IMG/VR virus record: IMGVR_UViG_3300005095_000141
Location: 1-60,538 of that record
DNA length: 60,538 bases
Source of the DNA: a virus
Lineage: Duplodnaviria > Caudoviricetes
Reading direction: 5' to 3' (one strand)
Both the position numbers and the translations under genes were made by a program. Position 1 is the first letter of the stretch. Each line of letters begins with the position of its first letter. The notes beneath the pieces are model-generated. The model did no database searches. It was not told the DNA's origin and saw nothing but the letters and a program-made list of their open reading frames with translations. Of this stretch, positions 17,549 to 27,169 are shown piece after piece.

Positions 17549-18937
17549 GTGGTGCTTATGGTTTACAGTATTAGTGTTGCTGGGAGCACTGTTACAGGTG
17601 TGCTAGACCGTATTGAATGCGTTGCTAATAAGCCCTGTATAGCCGTGTTTTACACTACGCAGAGCGTTAGTCAGGGAAGCAGTGTAGCCATAACAGTTAG
17701 TACTGGAAATGTGTCTTCGCCTACACAGATACCGGTGTTTGCAGGTTATGTTTACCGTGCGGTTGACAGGAGTAAAGGTACTGGTAAGTGGTACGAAGTA
17801 AACGCTGTTAGCCGTATAGACCTGATACTGCATGGATTTATAGATGCTAGTTTTAACGAGACGCTTGACAATTTTATGAATAATTTGCTTAGCAAGTACT
17901 TGAACAACGGTAGCATACCGGGTGGAATGAGCTATTTTCTGAACGATGAGCTGACAAGCTATAATGCTAGTGGCAGGTACTATGGAGAGCTTGATGCGTT
18001 TTTTGATGCCTTGTACGCTAAGGGCTTTGTACTTGTGTCTATACCGCATAGTGATGGTACGGAGGGGATTACTCTTAGTGGCAGGGGACGTGTTGCGTAT
18101 GAGGTTACAGAGAAGGTTGACGCTGTTACGAATATTGGTGGTGCTACTGGTGTAAGGCATTACAACTGCCTGTATGTTAAGGCGTGGAGCGTGGTAGAGC
18201 AGTACCAAGACCAGATAGACGGCAACGACAATAACGGCACTGTGCAGTTATCTGCGATACCGGTAGGGGAGATAAAAGTATATGTTACAGACGACCAGTA
18301 CACGCCGCAGTTCGAGCTATGCAAGGACGTTGACTATACGATACAGGTTGACGACCCCGAGACGCCGCCCAGCATTGTTCTTAACGACGAGTATAGTGGG
18401 CAGTACCTGTTGATAACGTATAGTGGAAGGACGCTGTATAAGAAGAAGTACACTTCCAGCACAGGAGTACCGACTAGGTGTTATGCTGTTGAAATAAAGG
18501 ATGTTGCGACCAGCGATAATTTACAGACAGCAGTTGACGATTTTGCGAATAAATGGCTTGCCACACATACCGGTAGTAAGGAGAGGCACATTTACCAGCC
18601 GACGATAATTGATGGTCAGTACTTTAAGATGCTTGGAGCCGGGACTGTGTTTTACCAGAGTGGAAGCGCTGTTACTGTGCATGGCCTGTTTAACCTGACG
18701 ATACGTAGATGGCTTGATGCGGCGCACACTAGTAACGAGCTACTGTATGTTAAGAAGATAGTGCTTAGACCTACCGGTATAGACGTGTATGCGTTGCCGC
18801 CTAGCGCAGTAAGTGATGTTGCAGAGGCTATAGGAGATATAGGAGTGGCGATAACGGCGTTGAAGACCCGTGTAACAGGATTCAGACCAGCATTACCGGT
18901 ACAGAATGATAGTGGGTCGGGATTAGTACCTATATAA
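17549..18937 (+). CDS. Putative baseplate hub / tail tip protein
   Basis: VFAGYV motif and synteny. Confidence 0.55.
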   Translation: MVLMVYSISVAGSTVTGVLDRIECVANKPCIAVFYTTQSVSQGSSVAITVSTGNVSSPTQIPVFAGYVYRAVDRSKGTGKWYEVNAVSRIDLILHGFIDASFNETLDNFMNNLLSKYLNNGSIPGGMSYFLNDELTSYNASGRYYGELDAFFDALYAKGFVLVSIPHSDGTEGITLSGRGRVAYEVTEKVDAVTNIGGATGVRHYNCLYVKAWSVVEQYQDQIDGNDNNGTVQLSAIPVGEIKVYVTDDQYTPQFELCKDVDYTIQVDDPETPPSIVLNDEYSGQYLLITYSGRTLYKKKYTSSTGVPTRCYAVEIKDVATSDNLQTAVDDFANKWLATHTGSKERHIYQPTIIDGQYFKMLGAGTVFYQSGSAVTVHGLFNLTIRRWLDAAHTSNELLYVKKIVLRPTGIDVYALPPSAVSDVAEAIGDIGVAITALKTRVTGFRPALPVQNDSGSGLVPI

Positions 18938-18972
18938 GCCATGAGAAAGATACATAAGAAGGAGTGATATGC

Positions 18973-19752
18973 ATGGAGCTGGAACCGAAAGAGGCGGTTG
19001 CGGTTCTTCTGGTATCGGATACACATGTAGGTAGGAAGACCGAGACGTATGATACCGACGTGTTTCAGCACAGGATGTCCATGCTTACTAGGTGCGTTAG
19101 AAGGCATAAGAGACTGCTTAGCAGAGGACGTGTAAGCCTTACCGATACGTATGTTGTGTTTTTAGGAGACATTGTTGATGGAGAAGCGATATACCGTAGG
19201 CAGAGATATGAGCAGGAGATAAATATTGATGACCAGATAGACATAGCGGTTGACGAGTTCGAGAAGCTATTACTGGAAGTAGGCGCTACGAAGGCGTACT
19301 GTGTGCCCGGAAACCACGGAAGAAGCAGGCTGGACGGTACTGGGAACTGGGACTACGTGTTCTACCGGTTGCTGAAAGAGAAGACAGGAATAGATATGGA
19401 GATAGGGCATCCAGACCTGTACATAGATATAGATGGATTGACAGCGTATGCTTTTCACGGCGACCAGATACGTATGTACCAGCAGATACCGTTCTACGGG
19501 ATAATGAAGTATGTGGGGCGCCAGTACATGATAAGGCCGTTTGATGCGGCGTTCCTAGGGCATTTCCACGTTAACGCTAAGTACGTGTATAATGGTGTGC
19601 GGATATACTTTAACGGCACGTTGCTTACCGATGACGAGCTTAGCAAGAGGTATGCATTGCGTAGCATACCGGAGTATTGGTTTTTAGCTGTTAGTGGAAA
19701 AAGCATAATTTATGAGGCAAGCATAGGTATGGATGGTGGTGGTTGTATTTGA
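18973..19752 (+). CDS. Calcineurin-like metallophosphoesterase
   Basis: SDTHVG, GDIVDG, GNHG, FHGD and GHFH motifs. Confidence 0.9.
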   Translation: MELEPKEAVAVLLVSDTHVGRKTETYDTDVFQHRMSMLTRCVRRHKRLLSRGRVSLTDTYVVFLGDIVDGEAIYRRQRYEQEINIDDQIDIAVDEFEKLLLEVGATKAYCVPGNHGRSRLDGTGNWDYVFYRLLKEKTGIDMEIGHPDLYIDIDGLTAYAFHGDQIRMYQQIPFYGIMKYVGRQYMIRPFDAAFLGHFHVNAKYVYNGVRIYFNGTLLTDDELSKRYALRSIPEYWFLAVSGKSIIYEASIGMDGGGCI

Positions 19753-21425
19753 GCTTTCTGCGGAGACTGTTCGGAAGAAAAATAGAGAAGCAGGAAAGCA
19801 AGGACTATTCGGCAGTACTGAACCCGTCTATGGTAGCTAACTTTGACAGCGACCGACCAGTAGGTAGCCAGATACCGCTTATGGGGTACGGAACAGCCAG
19901 ACTGCCAGTGCTTCCGCTACCGTTTAAATGGGCGTACAACCTAGCATACAGTAGTGACATACTGAGAACAGTGATACGTGCACTAGTAACAGAAACGTTT
20001 AGGAACGGCATAGCGATAAAACAGAGATACGTTATGAAATGCAAAGTATGCGGAGCAGAATTTCACCACAAAGTAGATAGATGCCCGATATGCGGTTCTA
20101 CCAAGTTCTACGTACCGAACCCGCAGAACAAGCAGTACTTAGAGAAGGTACTGAGGGATGCTAACCTGAACGACGAGGCACTGGTGGATGTATTGATGGC
20201 TATTGACTGGGACTTAAATGTTGTAGATAACGCTTACTTGGTAGTGATTAAGAAGTATTTCTTCGACGACGAAGGCAATATTGTTGGTGCAGAGCCTGTT
20301 GAGGTACTGCGTGCAGACCCCCGGTATATGCAGTTAGTTATGAGTAAGGATGGAAGGCCCGGATATACTGATGATGGTAAGGTAGTTGTGTTTTGCCCGG
20401 AGCATAGGGACGAGTTCGATACCGTTGACCCGGACGAGGTTGGGAAGAAGAAATGTCCCGTATGCGGTAAGACGATGTTGCCTGCGTATTTCAGGTTCTA
20501 CCGTAAGGGCAATTACGTGTTTTATACTGGCGGAGAGGTTCTGCATATTAAGAAGTTCACGTATGGAATAGGGTATGGGTACCCGCCGATAATGTCTATA
20601 CTGTTTAAGGTGCTGATACTGCTTAGGCAGGACTACTTTATGCTGTTAGCATATACGTTGCAGAGAAGTCCCCGTGGAATACTGGTTATTAAGACGCTGA
20701 ACCGTGAAAGCGTGGAGCGTGCATGGAGCTATTTGGAGGAAAGAGCTAGGAATAACCCGTGGATGATATACCCGCTGATAGTTGAGGGAGACCCGAAGGC
20801 TAGGAATATTATTGAGTGGCTAGACCTGAGCTTTAGGCCGCAGGAGTTTAACCTTATGGAGTACAGGCAGGAGCTACGCAGAAGCATAAGTGCGTTGTAC
20901 GGTGTTACGCCGATATGGGTTGGAGAACCCGGTGGGAGTGGACGTGATACGATGCAGGTGCTTGTAACGAACCGTGCGGTTGAAATGGAGCAGAGGCTGT
21001 TTAACGAGAAAGTGTTGCCTTGGCTTACGAAACAGCTAGGAGTGGATGACTGGACGTACCAGCTAATACCGAATGAGATGCGTGATGTTGAGAAGAAGCT
21101 TAAGATACTTGAGGATAAGCTACGGCTTGCAGAGAAGCTTAAGGAGCTTGGATATGTACCGAAGGTTATTAGCAATGAGCTTGGAGAAATAGATATTACA
21201 TGGGAGCCTGCTAAGAAACAGGAGGAAAACGTTGTAGCGAATGTTCTTTCCACCGATACTGATAAGAATAGACGTAGTGCTGAGAGATACTATGAGCGGT
21301 TTGAGACAGGTGGGTTGGAAGGGGAGAACAGGGATGTTAATGCTAAGCCGAGGAAATACGACCAGCGCTTTACCGGGGAGCCGACTGCACCACAGGAAGA
21401 ACTAGAAGGGGAGGATAGGCCGTAG
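19743..21425 (+). CDS. Portal protein with zinc-ribbon insertions
   Basis: DNAYL, EVLHIK, GYGYPPI and ALYGVTP HK97-type portal motifs; CKVC/CPIC and CPEH/CPVC pairs. Confidence 0.88.
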   Translation: MYLSFLRRLFGRKIEKQESKDYSAVLNPSMVANFDSDRPVGSQIPLMGYGTARLPVLPLPFKWAYNLAYSSDILRTVIRALVTETFRNGIAIKQRYVMKCKVCGAEFHHKVDRCPICGSTKFYVPNPQNKQYLEKVLRDANLNDEALVDVLMAIDWDLNVVDNAYLVVIKKYFFDDEGNIVGAEPVEVLRADPRYMQLVMSKDGRPGYTDDGKVVVFCPEHRDEFDTVDPDEVGKKKCPVCGKTMLPAYFRFYRKGNYVFYTGGEVLHIKKFTYGIGYGYPPIMSILFKVLILLRQDYFMLLAYTLQRSPRGILVIKTLNRESVERAWSYLEERARNNPWMIYPLIVEGDPKARNIIEWLDLSFRPQEFNLMEYRQELRRSISALYGVTPIWVGEPGGSGRDTMQVLVTNRAVEMEQRLFNEKVLPWLTKQLGVDDWTYQLIPNEMRDVEKKLKILEDKLRLAEKLKELGYVPKVISNELGEIDITWEPAKKQEENVVANVLSTDTDKNRRSAERYYERFETGGLEGENRDVNAKPRKYDQRFTGEPTAPQEELEGEDRP

Positions 21426-21472
21426 CTTAGTTTTTATTGTGCTTTGATAATACTGGAACATGGTGGAAAGAT

Positions 21473-21793
21473 ATGGATGAGCTTAGGAAGAAGATTCTTG
21501 AGGTAAAAAAGAAGGTAATGAGAAAAGCACTGGAATATATTGGTACGGTTAGAGTGCCTGCTTTAAGCGCTAGTGAAGTAAAAGCGCTGATTGACAATAA
21601 TGTTGACATAGGAGAACTAGTACTGGATGTTAATAATGATGCTTCAAGAAGTCTTTCCAGAACAGTGGAGCTGACGGTTTCTGGAATAAATGCTGATGGG
21701 ACTGTAGATGTGTATGTTAGAGTTGATACCGATGAGATGACAAGAATAATACGGAGAGCGTTTGCTCAGAATCTAAGACGATATGATATTTAG
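21473..21793 (+). CDS. Hypothetical head-module protein
   Basis: Follows the motif at 21438. Confidence 0.6.
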   Translation: MDELRKKILEVKKKVMRKALEYIGTVRVPALSASEVKALIDNNVDIGELVLDVNNDASRSLSRTVELTVSGINADGTVDVYVRVDTDEMTRIIRRAFAQNLRRYDI

Positions 21794-21837
21794 ATGCGGC
21801 AAATGATAATTGCAGAGGTGTTAGAAGACTGATTGAA

Positions 21838-22059
21838 TTGAAGAAAAGGCTGGAAAAAATAAGAAAGGAGTTGGTAGAAAAACAGGGTGCTGGCATACTG
21901 GGAATAAGAGATGAACTTTCTGATATTATGGATAGGCTTTCTAGGATTGCAACTGCAGTTAGGAATGAAGGCTTAGAAGATGTTGCTCAGTATATTGATG
22001 ATGCAATGGTAAGATTGGCTAGAGCTAGACTTAAGTTGAGAGAATTAGGTCAGAAGTGA
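21838..22059 (+). CDS. Small coiled-coil protein, possible internal head protein
   Basis: N-terminal LEKIRKELVEKQ. Confidence 0.6.
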   Translation: MKKRLEKIRKELVEKQGAGILGIRDELSDIMDRLSRIATAVRNEGLEDVAQYIDDAMVRLARARLKLRELGQK

Positions 22060-22376
22060 TGATGATGGATATGGATGATTTTATTGCTCGCATTGAGAGG
22101 ATAAAGAAGGAGCTTAAGAAGCAGGAAATAGATGTTGCGACCGCTGTTAACGAGCTTAAAGCTATATATGACAGGCTCGACGCTATTATGGATGAAGTTA
22201 GACGTGCATACCGTAGAGTAGAGGAGCTTGTTACTGGTGGCCCGGTGTACCAGATAGTATCGTTTGCCAGTATAAGGCAGTTAAGAGAAAGCTATAATGA
22301 TGCTATTACGCAGTTAGAGGAATTAAAGGACACAGTGTATGATATGCTTATAGACCTTATGGATTCTGGCAAGTAG
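22056..22376 (+). CDS. Small coiled-coil protein, possible internal head protein
   Basis: N-terminal IERIKKELKKQ, similar to the preceding gene. Confidence 0.6.
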   Translation: MMMMDMDDFIARIERIKKELKKQEIDVATAVNELKAIYDRLDAIMDEVRRAYRRVEELVTGGPVYQIVSFASIRQLRESYNDAITQLEELKDTVYDMLIDLMDSGK

Positions 22377-22502
22377 TTTGGTAACGGCTAGATTATTATA
22401 AGTTGACTGTGTTTTTCCGTGTACTTTTCTAGTTGTTGATGATGTGCGAACAGTATATTTTTGTGCTTTGTATATACTAGCAAACAGGAGTGGTGATACT
22501 GG

Positions 22503-22775
22503 ATGGAGAAAGCAGAGGATGTCTTTCATGCAATGCTTAAAGTATATAAGTTCATAGCGATACTGATGGAGCATGCCAAGCCGGACGATGAACGTGCAAA
22601 AAAGGCTAAGGAGATTATTGCAGAGATGGAGAAGATTGCCAAGCAGATAGAGGAGCTGTATGGTCAGTACCTAGTACTGTATGCTGAGCTTAGGAAACTG
22701 ATACTTGACGCTATGTCCCTATACCTAGACTTTAAGAAAGAGTTTGATGATGGAGACGGGAAAGGTAAAAAATAA
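22503..22775 (+). CDS. Coiled-coil hypothetical protein
   Basis: RBS GGAGTGGTG and motif copy at 22462. Confidence 0.7.
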   Translation: MEKAEDVFHAMLKVYKFIAILMEHAKPDDERAKKAKEIIAEMEKIAKQIEELYGQYLVLYAELRKLILDAMSLYLDFKKEFDDGDGKGKK

Positions 22776-23073
22776 CTTTTTTGGCGATGCCCTTATGCCT
22801 ACCGGTAATAACGGACGGATATACGATGCTGAATGCATAAGGAGTGGTAACGGCAGGAAGATATGTGTGCTTATAGGTGACGGTAAGACCTATGTTGGAA
22901 GTGCGGCTGACCGTATAATACTGCATATAGGGGATGACTGCACGTCTGCATGGGACATTGTGTATGCTCTTCTAGTGGGAGGTATAGGATTAGATGGTGA
23001 TAGTGCGGGTTTTCTGGTTGATTTTATGAGGAGGCATATTAATGTGGATGAGGAAAAGAAATATTTGATTTAA
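22744..23073 (+). CDS. Hypothetical protein
   Basis: Overlapping operonic ORF. Confidence 0.55.
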   Translation: MMMETGKVKNNFFGDALMPTGNNGRIYDAECIRSGNGRKICVLIGDGKTYVGSAADRIILHIGDDCTSAWDIVYALLVGGIGLDGDSAGFLVDFMRRHINVDEEKKYLI

Positions 23074-23099
23074 GCCATACTTGTTTACAGGTGGTTTAG

Positions 23100-23531
23100 A
23101 TGCCAGTGATTGGTAAGCACATAATAGCAGATATGCATGACATTGCATGGATACCGAGTCTTGACGAGCTTGAAAGCATTGTTGTGGAAGCGGCTAAGAG
23201 TGCCGGTATGCATGTTGTTAGTACCGCCAAGTTTCTAGAGGGGAAGCCTGGGGACGAGTTCTATGGGCCGAGCGTGATAGTTATTGTTGTTGAGAGCCAT
23301 ATTGCTGTGCATATATGGGCTTCTTACAGGTTTGCAACTGTTGATGTATATACGTGTGGAGAGAAGAGTGACCCGTACAGGGCGTTTGCATACATACTGA
23401 GCGTGCTGAAGCCCGGTAAGGTTGAAATGTACTATTTGAACCGCAGTAGCGATAAGAAGCTATGTCCGATGCGTATGTCGTGGATGCACAGATATACCGA
23501 CGCCAAAACAGTTACCGGTGGCTGTGAATGA
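23100..23531 (+). CDS. speH: Pyruvoyl-dependent S-adenosylmethionine decarboxylase family (may act as arginine decarboxylase)
   Basis: GKHIIAD, ES/HIAVHIW autocleavage site and VDVYTCG. Confidence 0.88.
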   Translation: MPVIGKHIIADMHDIAWIPSLDELESIVVEAAKSAGMHVVSTAKFLEGKPGDEFYGPSVIVIVVESHIAVHIWASYRFATVDVYTCGEKSDPYRAFAYILSVLKPGKVEMYYLNRSSDKKLCPMRMSWMHRYTDAKTVTGGCE

Positions 23532-24772
23532 GAGTCTTAGTTGTTGATACCGGCTATTTTATGGAGATACCGCTTGAGATAGCATGGCGTGGAGACGCAG
23601 TATTCTACCATGTAGAGTGGCGCAAGGATTTCCCCGACATAGAGAGCTGGGCGCCCGGATACGGGTTTAAAGACATTGTGAAGATAAAGGACTATATGGT
23701 GGAGGTTGACGAGGCAGACCTTATAGTGTTTCCAGACGTTGGTTTTGGTGGAGTAGCTGATTATTTGAGGAGCAAAGGCTATACTGTGTATGGAGCTAGT
23801 TATGCGGGACAGTTACTGGAGCTTAACAGGGAGTTTATGCATAGGACGGCGGTTGAGCTTGGAATAGGCAGGCCGAGAACAGCTATTGCAAAAGGAGTTG
23901 ACGGTATTAAGGCGGTGTTTCGATACGGTGATAACGGGGAGAAGTATGTGAAGATTAGTACTTGGCGTGGAAACATGGAGACGCTTAAAGTGTCTAGCGA
24001 GAAAGAAGTTGATGCATTGATTTCTGGCACGAGGCTAGGCCCCCTTGCAGACGATATAGAGTTTATAGTAGAGGATAAGGTTGGCAATGGAGAAAAAGCG
24101 GTTGAGATAGGTGCTGATTTCTTCTTTAATGGAAGAGAGTTTGTTAGGCCGTACCTGTTTAGCCCCGAAGTGAAGGATACAATAACGGTTGCTAGGTGGG
24201 TTAACAGCAGTGTGCTTGACGAGGAATTCATTGATAAGATAGAGGGCTGGCTTGCAGATACCGGCTATAGAGGACAGATAAGTATTGAGGGGTTCTTGAC
24301 GGAGAGCGGAAGGTTCTACCTGTTAGACGTTACTGCTAGACAGCCGTTTCCCGCTGGCGGGATACTGTGTAAGAGCATAGAGAATTACAGCGAGGTATTG
24401 TACCAGATTGCCAGAGGAGAAGACGTTAGGATTGTGCCGAGGAAAGAGTTTGGAGTGGAGATTGTTATTGGTACTGAGAACACGAAGATGTGGATACCGG
24501 TGCATATAGATGGCGGTATGGATACTGTTAAGCAGGGGATTACGCCGAAGATGATGATATATAAGGACGACGTGTTCTGGCATATACCGGCGCCGACTGT
24601 TGCTGGTGCTGTAGGGCTTGGAGACAGTATTGAGGAGGCGTACCGTAACGCTGTTGCGTTTGTTGACAAGGTGCATGCACAGTTCCTGTATGACGGTAGA
24701 TACGGTATAGAGGAGTTTGAGAAGAGGAAGAAGTTATTAGAAGAGATGGGTTATAATGTTTTTAGTGGATAA
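23528..24772 (+). CDS. PurD-like ATP-grasp amine ligase
   Basis: LELNREF, YVK, IVEDKV, GYRGQISI and LDVTAR follow the PurD-like ATP-grasp layout. Confidence 0.75.
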   Translation: MRVLVVDTGYFMEIPLEIAWRGDAVFYHVEWRKDFPDIESWAPGYGFKDIVKIKDYMVEVDEADLIVFPDVGFGGVADYLRSKGYTVYGASYAGQLLELNREFMHRTAVELGIGRPRTAIAKGVDGIKAVFRYGDNGEKYVKISTWRGNMETLKVSSEKEVDALISGTRLGPLADDIEFIVEDKVGNGEKAVEIGADFFFNGREFVRPYLFSPEVKDTITVARWVNSSVLDEEFIDKIEGWLADTGYRGQISIEGFLTESGRFYLLDVTARQPFPAGGILCKSIENYSEVLYQIARGEDVRIVPRKEFGVEIVIGTENTKMWIPVHIDGGMDTVKQGITPKMMIYKDDVFWHIPAPTVAGAVGLGDSIEEAYRNAVAFVDKVHAQFLYDGRYGIEEFEKRKKLLEEMGYNVFSG

Positions 24773-24778
24773 AGAATA

Positions 24779-27148
24779 TTGAGGAGTGATGCGTTGAGCC
24801 GCCCAGAACAGTTTAAGATAACAGACCCTGACGAACGAATAGTTGCTGGATGGGCAAGCGTAGAAATAGTTGATTTACAGAAAGACATTATACCGGTCAA
24901 AGTGCTTGAAAGAGCAATGTACAAGTACATGGACAGAGGAGGGCACATACTGTATCATCACAGCAATGTACCGGTAGGCAAGGTGCTTAGATGGGAGGTT
25001 AAGAAGCACCCGGAGACAGGTAAGTACGGTGTTTGGATAGAGGCGAAGATTTTCAACGAGTATGAGACAGACAATATTGTATGGAACGCCATTAAGCAGG
25101 GCAAGATAAAGGGGTTCAGCATAGGCGGTGTGGGTAAGGAGAAGAAAGTTAAGATAAAGGATGCAGATGGAAAGGAACAGGAAGTTGACCTTGTAACCGA
25201 TATTGAGCTTAACGAGATAAGCTTGGTAGAGGAGCCTGCTAACCCGCTGGCTAAGATTGAGCAGATAAACTGGTATGCTAAAAGCAATGATGCTGTAAAA
25301 AAGAGTGTGAACAGGATAACCTCTGACTATAGTGTTGTTGACGATGATATTGTTAGGATAGTGTTTGTCATTGAAGGAGATAATGTAGGAGAGCTTGAGG
25401 ATAAGGTCAGGGACATACTGGTGGCTGTTTCTAGGGCTGGAGACTATGGCGGTAGAGAAGTGTTTGTTACCGCTTCTGGCAATAAGATAATGGCTGACAT
25501 ACTGGTGAAGAAGGATTTCTTTGATATTGCGAAGAGATATGCTGACGAGCTGTTTAGACGTGATTTCGGCGTTGATATAGACTGGACTGTAAAGGGTATT
25601 GTGAAGGAAGCTACTGATATTGAGAAGGCGTGTAAGGACAGGTATTTAGTATGCAGTGGTGACGAGTGCCACTTTAAAGAGATGACGTGCCCCGATAACC
25701 CGAACCATAAGAGCAGGTTCTGTGGATGTGTACGGTACATGATGACCTGTAACGGTAAGAGCTTGGAGAGTGCTAAGAAAATATGTGCGAAGATATACCA
25801 TGAGAAGTACGGTAAGAGCCTTAGCAAGGATATTGACTGGTACGAGGACATTATTAGCGGTAAGAAGTACATTGTTGAGATAGAGACCGTAGAGGGAGAG
25901 GATGGGGAGAACCTGTTTATTGCTAGGATACGCAACCCGGACAATGGAGACATAATTGTGGAGACAGAGCCGCTTTATACCGAGGAGGAAGCTATTGATG
26001 TTGCGTATGACTTGCTTGAGAGCAAGGAGGGTATGGTTAAGGCGCTTGTACCGATTATGAAGCCGTTTGCAGGGTTTAAGAACTTTGACGAATGTGTTGA
26101 TACGATGCGTAAGCGTGGATACGATAAGGACAGTGCACGCAGAATATGTGGATGGCTGTACTGGAGATATGAGCGTGGAGACAAGAACAAGAGTGTTGAC
26201 GACATGCTTAAAGAATTTATGGATAAGAAGAAGAGACTGCTACGCACGTTCAAGATAGACCTGTACAACATACCGAGCGCTATAGCACGCAGGATAGAGA
26301 ACGTGGTTGACTCTGTGTTTGTAACGCCGGTATGGAAGTTTTATATACCTATAACGAGATACGTTAAGACGGGTGCAGAAAGTATGGCTGACGAAGAACC
26401 TAAGACCGAGAAGAAGCCAGTCAAGGAAGAAGAAGTCACAATTACAGTTACAGACCCGACTACTGATGAGAAGAAGAAAGAGAATGACGAGGAAGGAGGA
26501 AAGGGTGTGAAGGAAGAACTAGCGGAGATAAAGGCGCTTCTTACACAGCTTATAGAGACGCTTGGGCGTAGGGAGACTTCTGTACAGGACGCAGAGAAGA
26601 GCATTGAGGAAACAAGCGGGAGACAGCCCGGAATTGCTAAGGGCAGGATAGACAAGCTTGAAAAAGCGGTTCTAGAGCTTACCGATATTGTGGAGAAGAT
26701 AGCCGAGAAGGTAAACGAAATTGAAAAGAAGATTACCAAGCAGGCAGTAACTACTGACAGCACTGCAAACGATAACCCGACCTATGGAGGGACACCGATT
26801 AAGCCCGGCGATACGGTAACGATTGTCGAAGCACCGTTTAACAGGCCGGACGCTAAGGGTAAGACCGGGACTGTTGTAAGCGTTGACCTTGACAAGAACA
26901 CCGCTGTTATTAGGCTTGAAGACGGTACCGAGCTGGTAGTAGGTCTTGACAAGCTAGAGCTTGCAAAGAGCATTGAGCCTGCACCTGCTGTTACAAAGGT
27001 AGCTAAAGGAGTAGTTGCGCCTAGACCGTTCGTTGCCAATACCGATGTTAATACCGGCGGGGACGAGAGACTAGAGATTATACAGAAGATACTTCGTGGA
27101 GAGCTGAAGCCAATAGATATTTTAAAGCAGAAGAAAGATATTATTTAG
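24779..27148 (+). CDS. Prohead protease fused to accessory domains and scaffold
   Basis: GWASVEIVD, HHSNVPVG, KGFSIGG and EISLVEEPANP; coiled-coil/acidic C-terminal half; precedes the major capsid gene. Confidence 0.9.
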   Translation: MRSDALSRPEQFKITDPDERIVAGWASVEIVDLQKDIIPVKVLERAMYKYMDRGGHILYHHSNVPVGKVLRWEVKKHPETGKYGVWIEAKIFNEYETDNIVWNAIKQGKIKGFSIGGVGKEKKVKIKDADGKEQEVDLVTDIELNEISLVEEPANPLAKIEQINWYAKSNDAVKKSVNRITSDYSVVDDDIVRIVFVIEGDNVGELEDKVRDILVAVSRAGDYGGREVFVTASGNKIMADILVKKDFFDIAKRYADELFRRDFGVDIDWTVKGIVKEATDIEKACKDRYLVCSGDECHFKEMTCPDNPNHKSRFCGCVRYMMTCNGKSLESAKKICAKIYHEKYGKSLSKDIDWYEDIISGKKYIVEIETVEGEDGENLFIARIRNPDNGDIIVETEPLYTEEEAIDVAYDLLESKEGMVKALVPIMKPFAGFKNFDECVDTMRKRGYDKDSARRICGWLYWRYERGDKNKSVDDMLKEFMDKKKRLLRTFKIDLYNIPSAIARRIENVVDSVFVTPVWKFYIPITRYVKTGAESMADEEPKTEKKPVKEEEVTITVTDPTTDEKKKENDEEGGKGVKEELAEIKALLTQLIETLGRRETSVQDAEKSIEETSGRQPGIAKGRIDKLEKAVLELTDIVEKIAEKVNEIEKKITKQAVTTDSTANDNPTYGGTPIKPGDTVTIVEAPFNRPDAKGKTGTVVSVDLDKNTAVIRLEDGTELVVGLDKLELAKSIEPAPAVTKVAKGVVAPRPFVANTDVNTGGDERLEIIQKILRGELKPIDILKQKKDII

Positions 27149-27169
27149 ATGGTGAGGTGAATAGGAAGA

